DNA of 63,657 bases, the filler included, from Octopus bimaculoides (lineage: Eukaryota): assembly GCF_001194135.2 (NCBI RefSeq). It is 6 parts of 5 records of this genome, joined end to end, with 100 filler letters (N's around TTAATTAATTAA, not from the genome) between each part and the next. Parts side by side here need not be neighbours in the genome. Positions count along the whole stretch, not along the records: positions 1 to 16,491 come from NC_068984.1; positions 16,592 to 31,147 come from NC_068986.1; 4 more parts are not named here. One strand, 5' to 3'. The notes under the pieces were generated by a model that was not told where the DNA came from, made no database searches, and was given only the letters and a program-made list of their open reading frames with translations. The translations under genes were made by a program, and so were the position numbers. Each line of letters starts with the position of its first letter. Position 1 is the first letter of the stretch. Below, piece by piece: positions 13,061-27,299 of this stretch.

Positions 13061-14329
13061 TGCATTCACGCAATCAAAATTCGTTTTATCGTAATATATC
13101 TCAAGTTAATTATAAGCCATTATAAATGCTTTTATTTTTATTTGTTCCAGCTGGAAAAAGAAGATAATGAAATAGGGCGCAAATATATAGTATCTTCCCA
13201 CATAGTCTTTCAAATTGCTTTTCCTATGGTCTTTGTTTCACGTATTTCCGTCATTAGTGATGTTATTGCTCTGGCTTTTGTTGCTTTTGTTTGTTTTTCT
13301 AATGACGATGCATTTTGCTTTTGTCATTGCTGTTGACATTGATGTGACGTCATATCTTCTTTGCTGTTACAGAAAATATAGTCAATGGAAATACGATGCA
13401 CCTACTATTAAAGGGAGACAATCCACTTTTCACCTGTCTGAAAGAAGCTGCCATATTGCGTCGGAAAAAAGTAAACGAAAATATTCGTATATGATCGTAA
13501 TGAAATGTGTATTCCTTTATAAAGAATTATAGAAGACATATTTTATCATGTCATTTAAAAAAAAGATATACAACTTTGAATGAGGCTGTTACCATACAGC
13601 AGAAGTTGTATAATCATTTTAGTCAAATTATATACACGGCAACGAAAATAGATATTTTACATACATTTTTTGCAAATGCCTTTAAATAAATTTTAAAATA
13701 CACCAAAAGCAATTGGCTATACATGTTCTTTCAGCGACAGTTTATTTTCTGTCTGAAATATTGAATGTAAAACTAAAGAAACTAAGTTTGATTACGATCA
13801 GATATGTTGATTTTACCACATTTTAATATATTTTTTTTCTTGTATGAATTCCCTGGTCCCCTAAAAACATTATGTGTATTATAGATTGAAATCTCAAAGG
13901 AAAGTTTACTTCAATAAAGACCCTTGAATGTTTAGTCCTTTAAATCAGCAGTATTTTACTGATATATATTTTATTAACTTCAAGAGGATGTGAAATAAAC
14001 TTGAAGTTTGGACTGAAAGTTATTTATGCCTGCCCACTGTATTCATGTGTCATCTATATTATGTAGATATACACGTCTTTTAAGAAATTACACTTTTCGG
14101 CAGGATCAGGGTGAAGTTGTTGGAATCGAGCTTAACGTATTATGCATGTAGCAGGAATATTGGCGAAGACCCAAACACGAGGCATCAAACCTGAAATTGC
14201 CGTGTTCGATAGTGAAATTAAACTGTAAACACCAAACAGGATTTTGTCGGGATTGATGACGTCAGTAAGCAACTAGCCATTCAGGTATTTTGTAAACACA
14301 AAGACTTATTTTTATTAGTAGCTGGGCTG

Positions 14330-14650
14330 ACAGGCAAAAAACATAAAGATCCAGAAAATGCTTGACTCGATAGAATCCCAGTTGTTGTAAACAACCTAAC
14401 CGTTTTTGGATAAACAATATCTTGAATACTTGAAGGGCGAATAACAGAGTCGGTCACGCTAGGATTTGAATACAGGCACTTGTGAAAAATATTTAAGATT
14501 GCTCGCTTTCAGCTAAGAGTTAGAAACAGAAAAGAAATAGAGCAGAGAAGGACTATTCTTTATTGGAAATTCAAAGCAATCGACAGTTCCATTCCAACGC
14601 AGGTTCAAAAATACCTGAAGAGTGTATGGGGTTCCATGACACATAAGTAA
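14330..14650 (+). pseudogene. Penelope-like element GIY-YIG endonuclease C-terminal relic
   Basis: Decayed ..CCKQPNRFG*T..LEGRIT.. and FKIARFQLRVRNRKEIEQRRTILYWKFK resemble the PLE endonuclease end; followed by a decayed hammerhead core. Confidence 0.45.
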
Positions 14651-15309
14651 AGAGAGAAAATAGAAGACAGTATTTGCTTTGTGCACCGATAAAGATGAGG
14701 TTAAGAGGCTGTGAAATATATATTATATTCCTTCGACAGGTTAGCTATAACTGTCGGACTATATGTGGAAGCACGTAACTAAAATCACAACAAATGACGT
14801 GTCGTCCAACAAAAACGCGGATGTTCAAATAATTATGCTATAAGAATATGAGGATGTTATAAAACCCAAATTGACAACCCACCAGAAATGTTCGGGCGTT
14901 CAGGCAGAGGTGCAGTTGTTAATTACTCCTACAAACTTCCTGAAGATTACTGACCTCAATTATGAGAAAAGTGGGGATCAAAGGAGAGCTGTAGTTGATG
15001 GAAAGGGCGTAGGGGTTACACACGCGTTAGCGCAGACCACAACTGTTCACAGGAAAAAAAGGAATGAACCAACTTTTGCTTCTAATACCACAACCACCAA
15101 TACAAGTACAAACATATGAGGGTAGCTGGTTGGCGGCTTCTTTGATATCTCATCATACTTGAGAGGGGTATTGTGTTCAGGAGCACACAGATTTATACGA
15201 TTTCCGGCAGGTGTTTCCACGACAACCTCCACTTCATGCGATAGGTCGTAGAGATGTGGGAGTAAAAGAGCTCCCTTTTTGATTAGTTTAAGGCTTTCAT
15301 AGTGACTGT

Positions 15310-15930
15310 TAACAGTGCAGTCAGTCCCTATTTTAAGGGCTGAATCGCTTCAACGCAGAATCAGCTCGTGATTAGACTAAATTACTACCTATCGGTACCA
15401 TTTCGAATCCTAACGTTGGTCTGTCAAGAGTGTCCTCTCTCATTACTCACGTATATTTTCGATCTTGGATCAATGCTGCAGAAGCTAGCGTTGTTGAAAA
15501 GACGTTCAACATAAAATCTCATTCTAACTGATATGCGTAAAAGTTGTGCCAGCATAGAGTAATCGCAGTCACCTTCATAGAGTAGAACACTTCGGGAATC
15601 AGTGTAATGTTGTGCCTTGCTCAGGTTTTTATTTAAGCAGATATGAGCGTCATGTGCTTTGACTACGTTTCCTCATAGCTCATGATTGAGCAGATCTGTG
15701 ATCTCTGTCGGGGTTGAAATCCTGGATCAAGTAAAAACCAAGATTGAGAGATTGATATCTGAAATATTAGACGTTCACAATTCTCAGCAATGCGAATATT
15801 GCAACGTTGATATTTGCAATCTATAGAGTTGGTGGCGAGCAAAAAAACGCCGACTTTTTCGGGAAGACTATGAACGTTGATAAAAATTATCTGAGTAACA
15901 TATTCAGAAGTACTTTCAGTCTAATGACCA
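15310..15930 (-). pseudogene. Ancient LINE AP-endonuclease relic
   Basis: Fragments INVHSLPEK, INVAIFAL, HNFYAY and LKIGT in the expected order, in different frames. Confidence 0.35.
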
Positions 15931-17194
15931 TGTTCAATTTTCATGAATCCCTGGTTTTGTAGCGCTATCGGGAGGCATTACTTGTGCAAATAAAGTCTCC
16001 CGGTACGTTACTACATTCATAGAATACGCAGTAACGTACCAATCCGTGATGTGTACAGAGTGACGGAATCGTTCTTCGCGCACAAGAACAATGTCCAAAC
16101 ATTTACTGATTGATGAAATTATGTCCAAGGGCTACTTGTATTATCAGTTTTTGGTTCAGATCTTCGTGAGGACCAAGAAGGGCGGGGCTCTTTCTGGTAG
16201 TTATGATGGATGGCGATGCGTGGTAGCAATCAATGAATGGTAGGACTGAGCACACACATTTCTCTCCCTTTGGTTGAGCCTTCATCAATTTCTTCCCGTT
16301 CCACTTAAAGAGGGAGGTGAAGGCGGAGAAAAAAGTGCTGCTTACCACGACGACGACGACGACCACCACCACCACCACCACCACCACCACCATAAACATT
16401 TGCCATCACCATTACCCCAAATACCATCACCATCATCATCACAAATATCACCATCAATATCAAACGATGGAACTTGTAACGCAAGTAGTTCNNNNNNNNN
16501 NNNNNNNNNNNNNNNNNNNNNNNNNNNNNNNNNNNTTAATTAATTAANNNNNNNNNNNNNNNNNNNNNNNNNNNNNNNNNNNNNNNNNNNNATATATATA
16601 TATATATATATATAAATTTAACATGGGCGATTGTTTCTTGTCTTGGGATTCACGGTTAAACGGCTGGAATTGCACGAAAAATTACACAGATGTGTAGAAT
16701 GATCCGGTGGTGATGCTGGGCTTTGTATTTTTTCAAAGCTCATTTGGTTACCGAGATAATCTACTATAATAACACTCTTTTGTTTATGAATGAGAAAGGA
16801 ATTGGTGACAGATGAAAAAGGAAGGAAGGGGTGATGTCATACTTGGTAGTGTGATGATGAAAAAATTGCACGCTGAAAAAATAAATCAAACAGTGTTTCA
16901 ACTCTGTGTGAATATATGTGTGTGTATGTAAAAGAGGGTAAGTGAATATGTGTGTGTATTTTTGTGCGTGCGTGTGCGTGTGCGCGCGCGCAATGGAAGT
17001 GGGATGGTTCATCTTTGTTCACTTAGTATTTGGGTTCATTTTTTTGATTTGGTTGAATCTCGGTTGTTTTTTTGTTGGTGAGTTATTTTTAGCGTTTTGA
17101 CAGAAAAAAGTAATTCTAAAATTGTTTTTAACGTAAGGGTGCCCAAAGAAGTTGAATGCTTACACAGAGCAGGTTTTACAGCCACATCATCCAA

Positions 17195-17225
17195 ACCGAC
17201 CGGGTGAAACCGTGCTTAGCTGCTA

Positions 17226-17226
<1 letters not shown>
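17195..17226 (+). mobile_element. Helitron-like 3' terminus
   Basis: CGG-GTGAAA-CCG hairpin about 10 nt upstream of CTAG, followed by T. Confidence 0.55.
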
Positions 17227-17265
<39 letters not shown>

Positions 17266-17583
17266 CTTTCGATCAACCATTTCATATATATATATAATGA
17301 AAAGGTTAACCGAAAGCACTCATACATAAGGAAATTTATATATATATATATATCATTCACCTATGCATGTGGGTGACTATATTCTTAAGGTCATATTTTA
17401 AGTAGTCACGAGCACTCGTGAGCTTCATTTTTGATTCAGTTCTCAGCCAAATTGAATGCATCCTTTTAGCAATGATGGTCCAGCCTTCAGCTACCTTTTG
17501 AGATAAAATAATTGAAATTTGATTTATTAAAACATGGAAGTTAGGTCAAAATATGTGTGGTCAAAAATTAGAGAGAAATGCGA

Positions 17584-18050
17584 AAAACTGATTCTGAATC
17601 AGAAAATCTCAGTTATTTTATAAGAAAAGTATAGATTAATTGGATTTAAAAGAATGTGTTCATTACGAATAATCTTTTAGTGAAAATCTCGTTAAAAAGT
17701 ATTAGGTACGAAAAAATTAGTGCGGCTTCAAGTGACGAAAATAAAAATGGTTAGTAACCCCCAAAACTGATTTTGAATCAAAATATCTCAGTTATTAAAA
17801 AATAAAACTACACAATAGTTGTATTCAAATGAAAGAGCTGTATGAGATAAAACTTATGACGAAAACCTTGTCAAAAAATATTAGTTACAAAAACAGTTGT
17901 ACGGAAAAAAAAGGAATAATTTTAAGAAATGAAAATGTTTTAGCGTTTTTATGAGAAAAATTATATTATTTGAATTTAAATGAAAGAGTTTATCGAGACA
18001 ATTACTTGGAAGAAAGCCCTGTCTAAAAATATTAAGCATAAAAATGTTAT
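17584..18050. repeat. Degenerate ~180-bp tandem repeat, 2-3 units
   Basis: AAAACTGATTYTGAATCA..ATCTCAGTTATT recurs at ~17584 and ~17763; partial third unit. Confidence 0.55.
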
Positions 18051-18760
18051 GATTTTTTTCGATTTCATAGTTTTTATCATTCTTTTTTTAAGTATTAAAA
18101 TATGTACACACACTATTTGAAGAACAATTTCAGAAATTTATTTAGCAAATTCTAACTTCAGCAGCAATATTTTAAGTTTTTTTTCTTTCTTATTCTGTAN
18201 NNNNNNNNNNNNNNNNNNNNNNNNNNNNNNNNNNNNNNNNNNNNNNNNNNNNNNNNNNNNNNNNNNNNNNNNNNNNNNNNNNNNNNNNNNNNNNNNNNNN
18301 NNNNNNNNNNNNNNNNNNNNNNNNNNNNNNNNNNNNNNNNNNNNNNNNNNNNNNNNNNNNNNNNNNNNNNNNNNNNNNNNNNNNNNNNNNNNNNNNNNNN
18401 NNNNNNNNNNNNNNNNNNNNNNNNNNNNNNNNNNNNNNNNNNNNNNNNNNNNNNNNNNNNNNNNNNNNNNNNNNNNNNNNNNNNNNNNNNNNNNNNNNNN
18501 NNNNNNNNNNNNNNNNNNNNNNNNNNNNNNNNNNNNNNNNNNNNNNNNNNNNNNNNNNNNNNNNNNNNNNNNNNNNNNNNNNNNNNNNNNNNNNNNNNNN
18601 NNNNNNNNNNNNNNNNNNNNNNNNNNNNNNNNNNNNNNNNNNNNNNNNNNNNNNNNNNNNNNNNNNNNNNNNNNNNNNNNNNNNNNNNNNNNTCTTTGAC
18701 TGCTATTTCTAAAATTTTCAGTATGTTGGAGAAGCAACTCAATGCTAATCCCTGTATATT

Positions 18761-18827
<67 letters not shown>

Positions 18828-19029
18828 GTTATGAGAGGTAATGGTGTCAATAATTTCATTCTGAAAAACAAAATTTTATAATATATATATATATATACGT
18901 ACTACCATTACTCCGAGGTCCGCTGTGACCTGAAACAGTAGTACCTATAATGGTTCCATCTATGGGTAAAATAGATTTCATAAGGTATAGGAGGGTTCCA
19001 TTTTTGCTCGGGAATTTTTTCTCTTGCAG

Positions 19030-19901
19030 ATTCCCCTCGATTTGAGCAATCAAGTTTTGTCAATATCAAACTTTTGAACACTGTAGATGAGAAAAATCCA
19101 AAGCAAATTGCATGTGAATTAGCAAAACAATTCAATCCAAGTTAAAATTCGATCATAAAACTCCTTCAGTGGGTTCCTCATCATCTGACTGTTTCTCTGC
19201 TAAATCAAAGAGTTGCTCCCTGCTCGTTATTGAAGAGTAGGCTTGCTATCGAACCTTCCTTGGGTAAAAATCACAAAATCATATCCAACAAAAACGAGAA
19301 TGGATAGTTCCCAATGAAAAAGGAGAATTTGTCCACAAACCAGGGCTACACTCAGATAAAATTGTGCTCTGTCTTTGGTAGGTTATGAAGGCCCTCGTCT
19401 ATCATGAAGTGCTAAACCAAAACGAAACAGATGATGTAGAGAAGTATTGTCATTAACTGAGGCATGTAACAAAAATTTCCAGAGAACGTACCCACCATTA
19501 GTTAATCGCAAAGACGTGCTGCTCTTACATGACAATGCTTAGCAACACATTGTCCAAGTCACTAGGGAAATGACCTTGGCACTAAATATGGAAGTTTTGT
19601 CTCATCCTTCTTATTCTCCTGACGTTGCCACACTTGGTTACCATCTTTAAAAATCATTGCAATTTTATTTAGAAGAAAACAATTTATTAATCGTGAAGAG
19701 GTTAAAAATGATACTGAATGTTTCTATGCTTCGAAACCTGAAGAATTTTATGCCCGATGGATCAACAGTTTGCCAAATAGCTGGGATTATGTTATCAATG
19801 ATAAGGGGGAAAATATTATCTTGTTTAAATACATAACTTAAGACCAAAGGAACTTTTACGGCTTTTCTATCTTGATACAAGACTTTATTTCTCACTTAAT
19901 A
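19030..19901 (+). mobile_element. Mariner transposase pseudogene with 3' terminus
   Basis: WVPH (~19160), LLLHDNA, EVLSHPSYSPDVA motifs; stops and frameshifts; ends ..TTATTTCTCACTTAATA. Confidence 0.9.
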
Positions 19902-21453
19902 AATTACATATCTCTGGAAGAAGGAAAAGCAGAATCGAGAGATCTTCAGGCAAATTGGCATGTGGCATTTCATTACGGCTATACGATCTGAATTCCGCTT
20001 CCAGTGAGGTCACCTTTACCTTTGATCCTTCAAGAATCGATAAAATGTAACACTACTCAAATTCTGGGGTCGATTTAATCGACTGTCTTCTTCCCAGTTC
20101 ATGATGAATTGTGTGTATGTTTTAAACAAATTATGGGATCCCTAGACTGTATATAATCTACTTTTGACATACTCTAATCCGCAAGTGTGAGTATTACGTT
20201 GTGTATTAAAGAATGACTAATTTTTATAGGAACCAACAACGGAGCCTCTACGTTGTCGCTCGACTTTGCGAGAAATAGCAAGCAAATTCCCTTACATTTG
20301 CTAAAGTAGCCCTGATCGAGCAAATCTACGACTAAAAACATTCTAGCTATGACTATCCCGTTTAATTCCTACGTCCAGTGAACCTTGGATTACATTATCC
20401 AAAATATCCTTTTTTAAGACGTGACTACTATTTCTAACAGTTTCAATGAACATCTATTTACTATGTGCAGGTAACCTAGTGCTACATTATTCAATATATC
20501 CTTTCCTAAGACGACTACAGGACAGCATTAATGACCGTATCCTTTTTTAAACCGGCAAGTTATGAATTGCTGGAAATTCTAGTGCATGAAATTCAGTGTC
20601 ATATTAATCCAACGTGTTTTTTTAAAGACAGTAATGTGTGATTTATAGGCGATTTCGTTGCTATTTCTAGATAACGAAGCAGAACACAACATCTAACGTA
20701 TCATTTCTTAAGAAGTTAGAATGTGATTTGAGGGAGATTTTGTTGCTATTTCACGAACCACATAGGAACCTCCCTGTTAGTACGTGTTGTTATTGTTGAT
20801 ATTTCTTCTGGCTGTACGTTTTGAGTTCAAATCCTACAGAAGTAATAGACAAATTGCCTCTTCACAAAATTGCTGGCCTTGTGGTTAAATCACATACGAA
20901 AGTTTAATTGTTGTTGGCGATGTTTATTTCTACGTCCAACCTGATCCATCAGACCTGTGATCAAAGGCACGTCAACCGTGGATACTAAGCCGTTTTTCCT
21001 ATGCTCGGGGAACCCTCACCTATATTATATAACGTAACCATTGTTTTTTCCTGATTTGAGTGAGATTTGGTTTCTATTTCTAGCGGGATGAGTGACCACA
21101 TAGGGGTTCCTATGTTGGTTTGGTGATGGAATGGGTGATATCAGGGCTAATGAATAAAAAATAAATAAACACGTATTTAAGACGATGTCTGGGGGGAAAA
21201 TGAAAGAACGAAAAGTAAAATAAAACTAAAAAATCAAATAAACAACATTACCTACTAATATTTAAATTTCTGAAGGATCTAAGCTTATTGAAATATTTAT
21301 AGGTAAGTAATAAAACTTACCTTGTGTCACACAGCTAACCTACACATACATTCACATGTACACATCTATACGTATATAAAAACATGCACAAATACGTGTA
21401 TATACATATGTTTATAAATATGTATATTTTACATACACATATATTTACATTCC

Positions 21454-21517
<64 letters not shown>

Positions 21518-22720
21518 NNNNNNNNNNNNNNNNNNNNNNNNNNNNNNNNNNNNNNNNNNNNNNNNNNNNNNNNNNNNNNNNNNNNNNNNNNNNNNNNNNN
21601 NNNNNNNNNNNNNNNNNNNNNNNNNNNNNNNNNNNNNNNNNNNNNNNNNNNNNNNNNNNNNNNNNNNNNNNNNNNNNNNNNNNNNNNNNNNNNNNNNNNN
21701 NNNNNNNNNNNNNNNNNNNNNNNNNNNNNNNNNNNNNNNNNNNNNNNNNNNNNNNNNNNNNNNNNNNNNNNNNNNNNNNNNNNNNNNNNNNNNNNNNNNN
21801 NNNNNNNNNNNNNNNNNNNNNNNNNNNNNNNNNNNNNNNNNNNNNNNNNNNNNNNNNNNNNNNNNNNNNNNNNNNNNNNNNNNNNNNNNNNNNNNNNNNN
21901 NNNNNNNNNNNNNNNNNNNNNNNNNNNNNNNNNNNNNNNNNNNNNNNNNNNNNNNNNNNNNNNNNNNNNNNNNNNNNNNNNNNNNNNNNNNNNNNNNNNN
22001 NNNNNNNNNNNNNNNNNNNNNNNNNNNNNNNNNNNNNNNNNNNNNNNNNNNNNNNNNNNNNNNNNNNNNNNNNNNNNNNNNNNNNNNNNNNNNNNNNNNN
22101 NNNNNNNNNNNNNNNNNNNNNNNNNNNNNNNNNNNNNNNNNNNNNNNNNNNNNNNNNNNNNNNNNNNNNNNNNNNNNNNNNNNNNNNNNNNNNNNNNGAA
22201 AGTACTGAAGTAAGACTATTTCTGCTTTCTTGAAATGCCTCAGTAAACTTTATGAGGAAGTTTGATGAGAATGTTAGTATTAGAAATAGTTAGATATTTC
22301 TTTTTATTTTCTCATATTGGATGATGCGGTGATGATAATGAGAGTAGGAGTGGTGTTTGTGGCGGTGGTGCTGCAGGTGGTTGTGGAGGTGGTGGTGATT
22401 GTGGACGGCAAATATATTTGAGTTGGGGATCGTGCAAACGATTTCTTAAGTCGGCGCCATCTTACGTTATGTCTATGCATATGTGTGTGTGTGTGTGTGT
22501 GTGTGTATTTGCGTGTGTATGTGTCTGCGTGTATACATGCATATATGCATACAAATACATGCATACATATATATGTATGTACGTGTGTATGTGAATATGT
22601 ATGCATGCACACAAGTATGTATGCATTCGCAAACGCACACAAATATATACATGCAGATGTACGCACACACACTTGCCAGCGCACATACATATATACATAC
22701 ACACGTACATATATACATAC

Positions 22721-22776
<56 letters not shown>

Positions 22777-23123
22777 TATCCCTGATGAATCAGTGATTCA
22801 GAATTTGAAAGGAAGATAAACAATTTATACAACTCTCGACCACTACGTTATCTCCTCCCCGCCTACTTCAGCACCACCACAACAACAATCACTACAACTC
22901 GTCACCTTTACGCTTCACCAGCGCCGGCATCACCGCCGCCGCCGCCGCCACCAGCAACACCACAAAACCCCATCGTCACCGTCAACACCTTCTCCACCAC
23001 TGCAACCGACCACAAATACAACAAAACAATACAAAATAAATGCTTCTCTCTATACCTTATATTGAAACATCAAATTTGCTGAATCAATCGATAGATGTAT
23101 GCAGCATGCAGTACACACACTAC

Positions 23124-23165
<42 letters not shown>

Positions 23166-23269
23166 AAACATATATACACAAGATATACATATGTATATGT
23201 CTCTGTAACTATCTTTCTATGTATGTATGTATGTATGTATGTATGTATGTATGTATGTATGTATGTATG

Positions 23270-23308
<39 letters not shown>

Positions 23309-23344
23309 AGATCTATGTGTGTGTGTCTATATACGAAAATATAC

Positions 23345-23452
<108 letters not shown>

Positions 23453-23922
23453 GTCAGTGTCTCTTTTTATTAGTCTTACATTTTTATCTCATATTACATT
23501 CGATCCCTTTTAATTTTTTTCCTTTCCTTCTCCCCGCCCCCGCAAATATTACGTTGACGAATATGATTGTTATGGTTGGTCATTCTTGCTTTTCCTCCAC
23601 AATATCTGTTGCCTTGTTTCTGTTCAATGCCATTTTTTCCACACAAATATATATTTATTTGCCTGTTCATACCTGCATGCAGGAAGACCTGCACGTACCC
23701 ACTCGTGGACAAACTTACAAACACACGTACAGACCCACACGCGTGAATTCATGCACACACACACATTTAGAACGTATACGTAAACACATGAACTCTGATA
23801 TACAAAACAAGCACTTGCATACGAATACACACATGATCATGTAAATATAACCATAAAATACTCTGCTTAAATCTTGTCAACAGATTTATATCAATACAAT
23901 TCTACACATACACACACATAAA

Positions 23923-23972
<50 letters not shown>

Positions 23973-24622
23973 NNNNNNNNNNNNNNNNNNNNNNNNNNNN
24001 NNNNNNNNNNNNNNNNNNNNNNNNNNNNNNNNNNNNNNNNNNNNNNNNNNNNNNNNNNNNNNNNNNNNNNNNNNNNNNNNNNNNNNNNNNNNNNNNNNNN
24101 NNNNNNNNNNNNNNNNNNNNNNNNNNNNNNNNNNNNNNNNNNNNNNNNNNNNNNNNNNNNNNNNNNNNNNNNNNNNNNNNNNNNNNNNNNNNNNNNNNNN
24201 NNNNNNNNNNNNNNNNNNNNNNNNNNNNNNNNNNNNNNNNNNNNNNNNNNNNNNNNNNNNNNNNNNNNNNNNNNNNNNNNNNNNNNNNNNNNNNNNNNNN
24301 NNNNNNNNNNNNNNNNNNNNNNNNNNNNNNNNNNNNNNNNNNNNNNNNNNNNNNNNNNNNNNNNNNNNNNNNNNNNNNNNNNNNNNNNNNNNNNNNNNNN
24401 NNNNNNNNNNNNNNNNNNNNNNNNNNNNNNNNNNNNNNNNNNNNNNNNNNNNNNNNNNNNNNNNNNNNNNNNNNNNNNNNNNNNNNNNNNNNNNNNNNNN
24501 NNNNNNNNNNNNNNNNNNNNNNNNNNNNNNNNNNNNNNNNNNNNNNNNNNNNNNNNNNNNNNNNNNNNNNNNNNNNNNNNNNNNNNNNNNNNNNNNNNNN
24601 NNNNNNNNNNNNNNNNNNNNNN

Positions 24623-24663
<41 letters not shown>

Positions 24664-24867
24664 TATATACATATATATACACACATATATATACATTAGT
24701 ATATATATACATATATATACATATATACATATATATATATATACATATACATATATACATATATATACAGATATATATATTCATGCATATATATACATAT
24801 ATATATATATATACATATATATACATATATATATATACATATGTATACACACGCACACACACACACG

Positions 24868-24905
<38 letters not shown>

Positions 24906-25135
24906 CATATATGTGTGTGTATTTGCACGTATGCAAGCATATATAAATATATACTTGCATACGTGCAAATACACACACATATATGCATACATACGTCTCT
25001 TTCTTATTCTCTCTCTCTCCCTCTCTCTCTTTCTAGACGCACACACACGCGCACACACGCGCGCACACACACATATGCATAATGTACTTACACGAATTTG
25101 CTGAAATCGATTTTGCCAAAAACATAGATCTTTAC

Positions 25136-25189
<54 letters not shown>

Positions 25190-26257
25190 TGTTGTTGTTG
25201 TTGTTATTATTATCATTATTATTAGTTGTTGTTGTTGTCCGCTATTTATATTCTTCAATTGATCGTTAATGAATATGATTTTAAAAAAACTAAAACTTAA
25301 AAACTAAAAAGATATAAACATAAATTATATTTTATTTTATTTTATTTTTGTAATGATTTCTTTATGTTTGTCTGAAACTAATTCTCTTTTATGGAGAATA
25401 TCCATAAAACGATTCTTAAATTTCTTTAAGAATGCGAAACATTTCACGGAAATGTTTTTCAAAAATTGCTAAATCGAGCCGTACGTTGCTATAATTACAA
25501 AAGTCTACGGAAATACCTTTCAAACAAAGCGTAGGCTATCAAACGAATGTTTCATCTTAGTACAAACTTAATGAAAAGACATTTTTAACTTGCAAGAAAG
25601 TAAGTCGGAACTAAAAAACAAAACAAAAAAAGAAGACAACTTCAAAACAAACAAAACAAAACAAAATACCAAAAAGCAAAAACTAAAACTAAATAGACAA
25701 GCAAACAAATGAACAAGAATAAAAGAGGCCTCTTTTAGCAACAAATAACAATTTATCCAATTCTGAGGAAATTATATCAATCAGTCATTCAATATTTACA
25801 ATTGCATCGTGGTATAATAATCATGATAGCCATTTAAAACATATATATACATACCGTCGTATTCACTTTTGTTTTATTTTGTAATATAATATCAAATATG
25901 ATTGATGTATCAGAATCTTTCGTTGTACATCTATCATACCGCATGGTCGTAGCTATTTTATTACGCTGTAATCTGATACAGCAGAATTAAAACAAGGGTA
26001 AGAACCAAGATTGCGTCTAAGCGGTGGATTTTCAATTATTAAAATGGATTCATCTACCATTAACCGTTTAATCTGGTAAAAAAAAAAAATATATATATAG
26101 TGTAATTTTAAGAGTAATTTTATTTGTATAGAGCTGCAAGGCTGGAGGTTACTTGTTCGAACCTGTTGGTCTTCCGGATACGAGTGTGTAAGAGTGTCAA
26201 ACCCAAGTTATAAATAAGTGATGACAGGTTCTTATACCTGGTAATATTCTAATACTA

Positions 26258-26471
26258 CCACGGCGGTGTGCTGTCAGATTCGTTAGCACGCCGAACAAAA
26301 TGCTTTGCTGTATTTCATCCGTCTTCCCGTTCTGAGTTCAAATTTCGCCTAGGTTGACTACTTTTCATCTTTCCTGGGTCGATAAAATAAGTACCAGTTG
26401 AACATTGGGGCAGATATAATCGACTTAACCGCTTCCCCGAAATTGTTGGTCATGTGCCAAAATTTGAAACC
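26258..26471 (+). mobile_element. SINE family B with 15-bp target-site duplication
   Basis: Family B body flanked by AATATTCTAATACTA at 26243-26257 and 26472-26486. Confidence 0.8.
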
Positions 26472-26769
26472 AATATTCTAATACTATGAAAGAACAAATC
26501 AAAAGTAAACGATATTTTTAATTCTTTCGTCCATATCTCTCTATGACAGTCCACTAAAAAGTCCAACAGAGATACAAAACGTTCTCTTATACGTTGGACA
26601 GGCGTGGTCGAAGCTCAGTGTCAATGCGTTGATGGCTCTGAACTTTCGTACTTCTTTTTTTTTGTTAAGCTTACCTGATCTTAATGGTAAGGTGGAGGCT
26701 GGTATACTTAACTAGCAGTCAAGTAATTTTAATTTATTAAAATTATGCTGATAATGCGGTTCTCTTCAG

Positions 26770-27235
26770 ACATCTTAGAAGCTACCAACCTTCTACACGA
26801 GCTTCAAAATGAAGTAGAAGATATTAGTCTTTATGTCTCCACCTCATAGACTGAATACATCTGCTACATCCAGAAGGTCTCAATAAGTCCAGTCAAACGA
26901 AACCCTCTAAAAGTTATAGATTTCTTTGTATACATAAGCAGGAACATCGCAGCCACAGAAAAGAATGCAAACATTCGTCACGCAGAAATGCGAGCTATTC
27001 TTGCTGTGCTTAGGGTTATTTGGAATTCATCACTACCGGATGATCTTCAGAAAAACTTACTATTGTGAAATCAGTGCGGAATCAGTACTGCTACTATTGT
27101 GGAATCAAAGAAAAGCGTATTATTGAGGAATCAGTGCTGTTATACAAATCTACCTTGAGGTAAGGCTTGGTGGTGCTTAAATGCTATCTACATGTTATTG
27201 GTCGGTCTGAACATTTCGTGGAAAGCACATCCACC
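26770..27235 (+). pseudogene. RTE-clade reverse transcriptase C-terminal relic
   Basis: YADNAVL, EATNLLHEL, TEYICY, LKVIDFFVYI..TEKNANIR..IWNSSLPDDL, LNISWKAHP in RTE order. Confidence 0.8.
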
Positions 27236-27299
27236 CAAATTCTGTATATCAGTCCTTTTGCAATCACTAAGTATGTATAATCATTTACTTACAACAAAA

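Noticed and set aside
16536-16547. TTAATTAATTAA islands inside N runs (also 31192, 38214, 49084, 58991)
   Set aside because: Identical 12-mer always embedded in Ns; a scaffolding spacer, not biology.
22782-22815. CTGATGA followed by a hairpin
   Set aside because: No GAAA or stem III in register.
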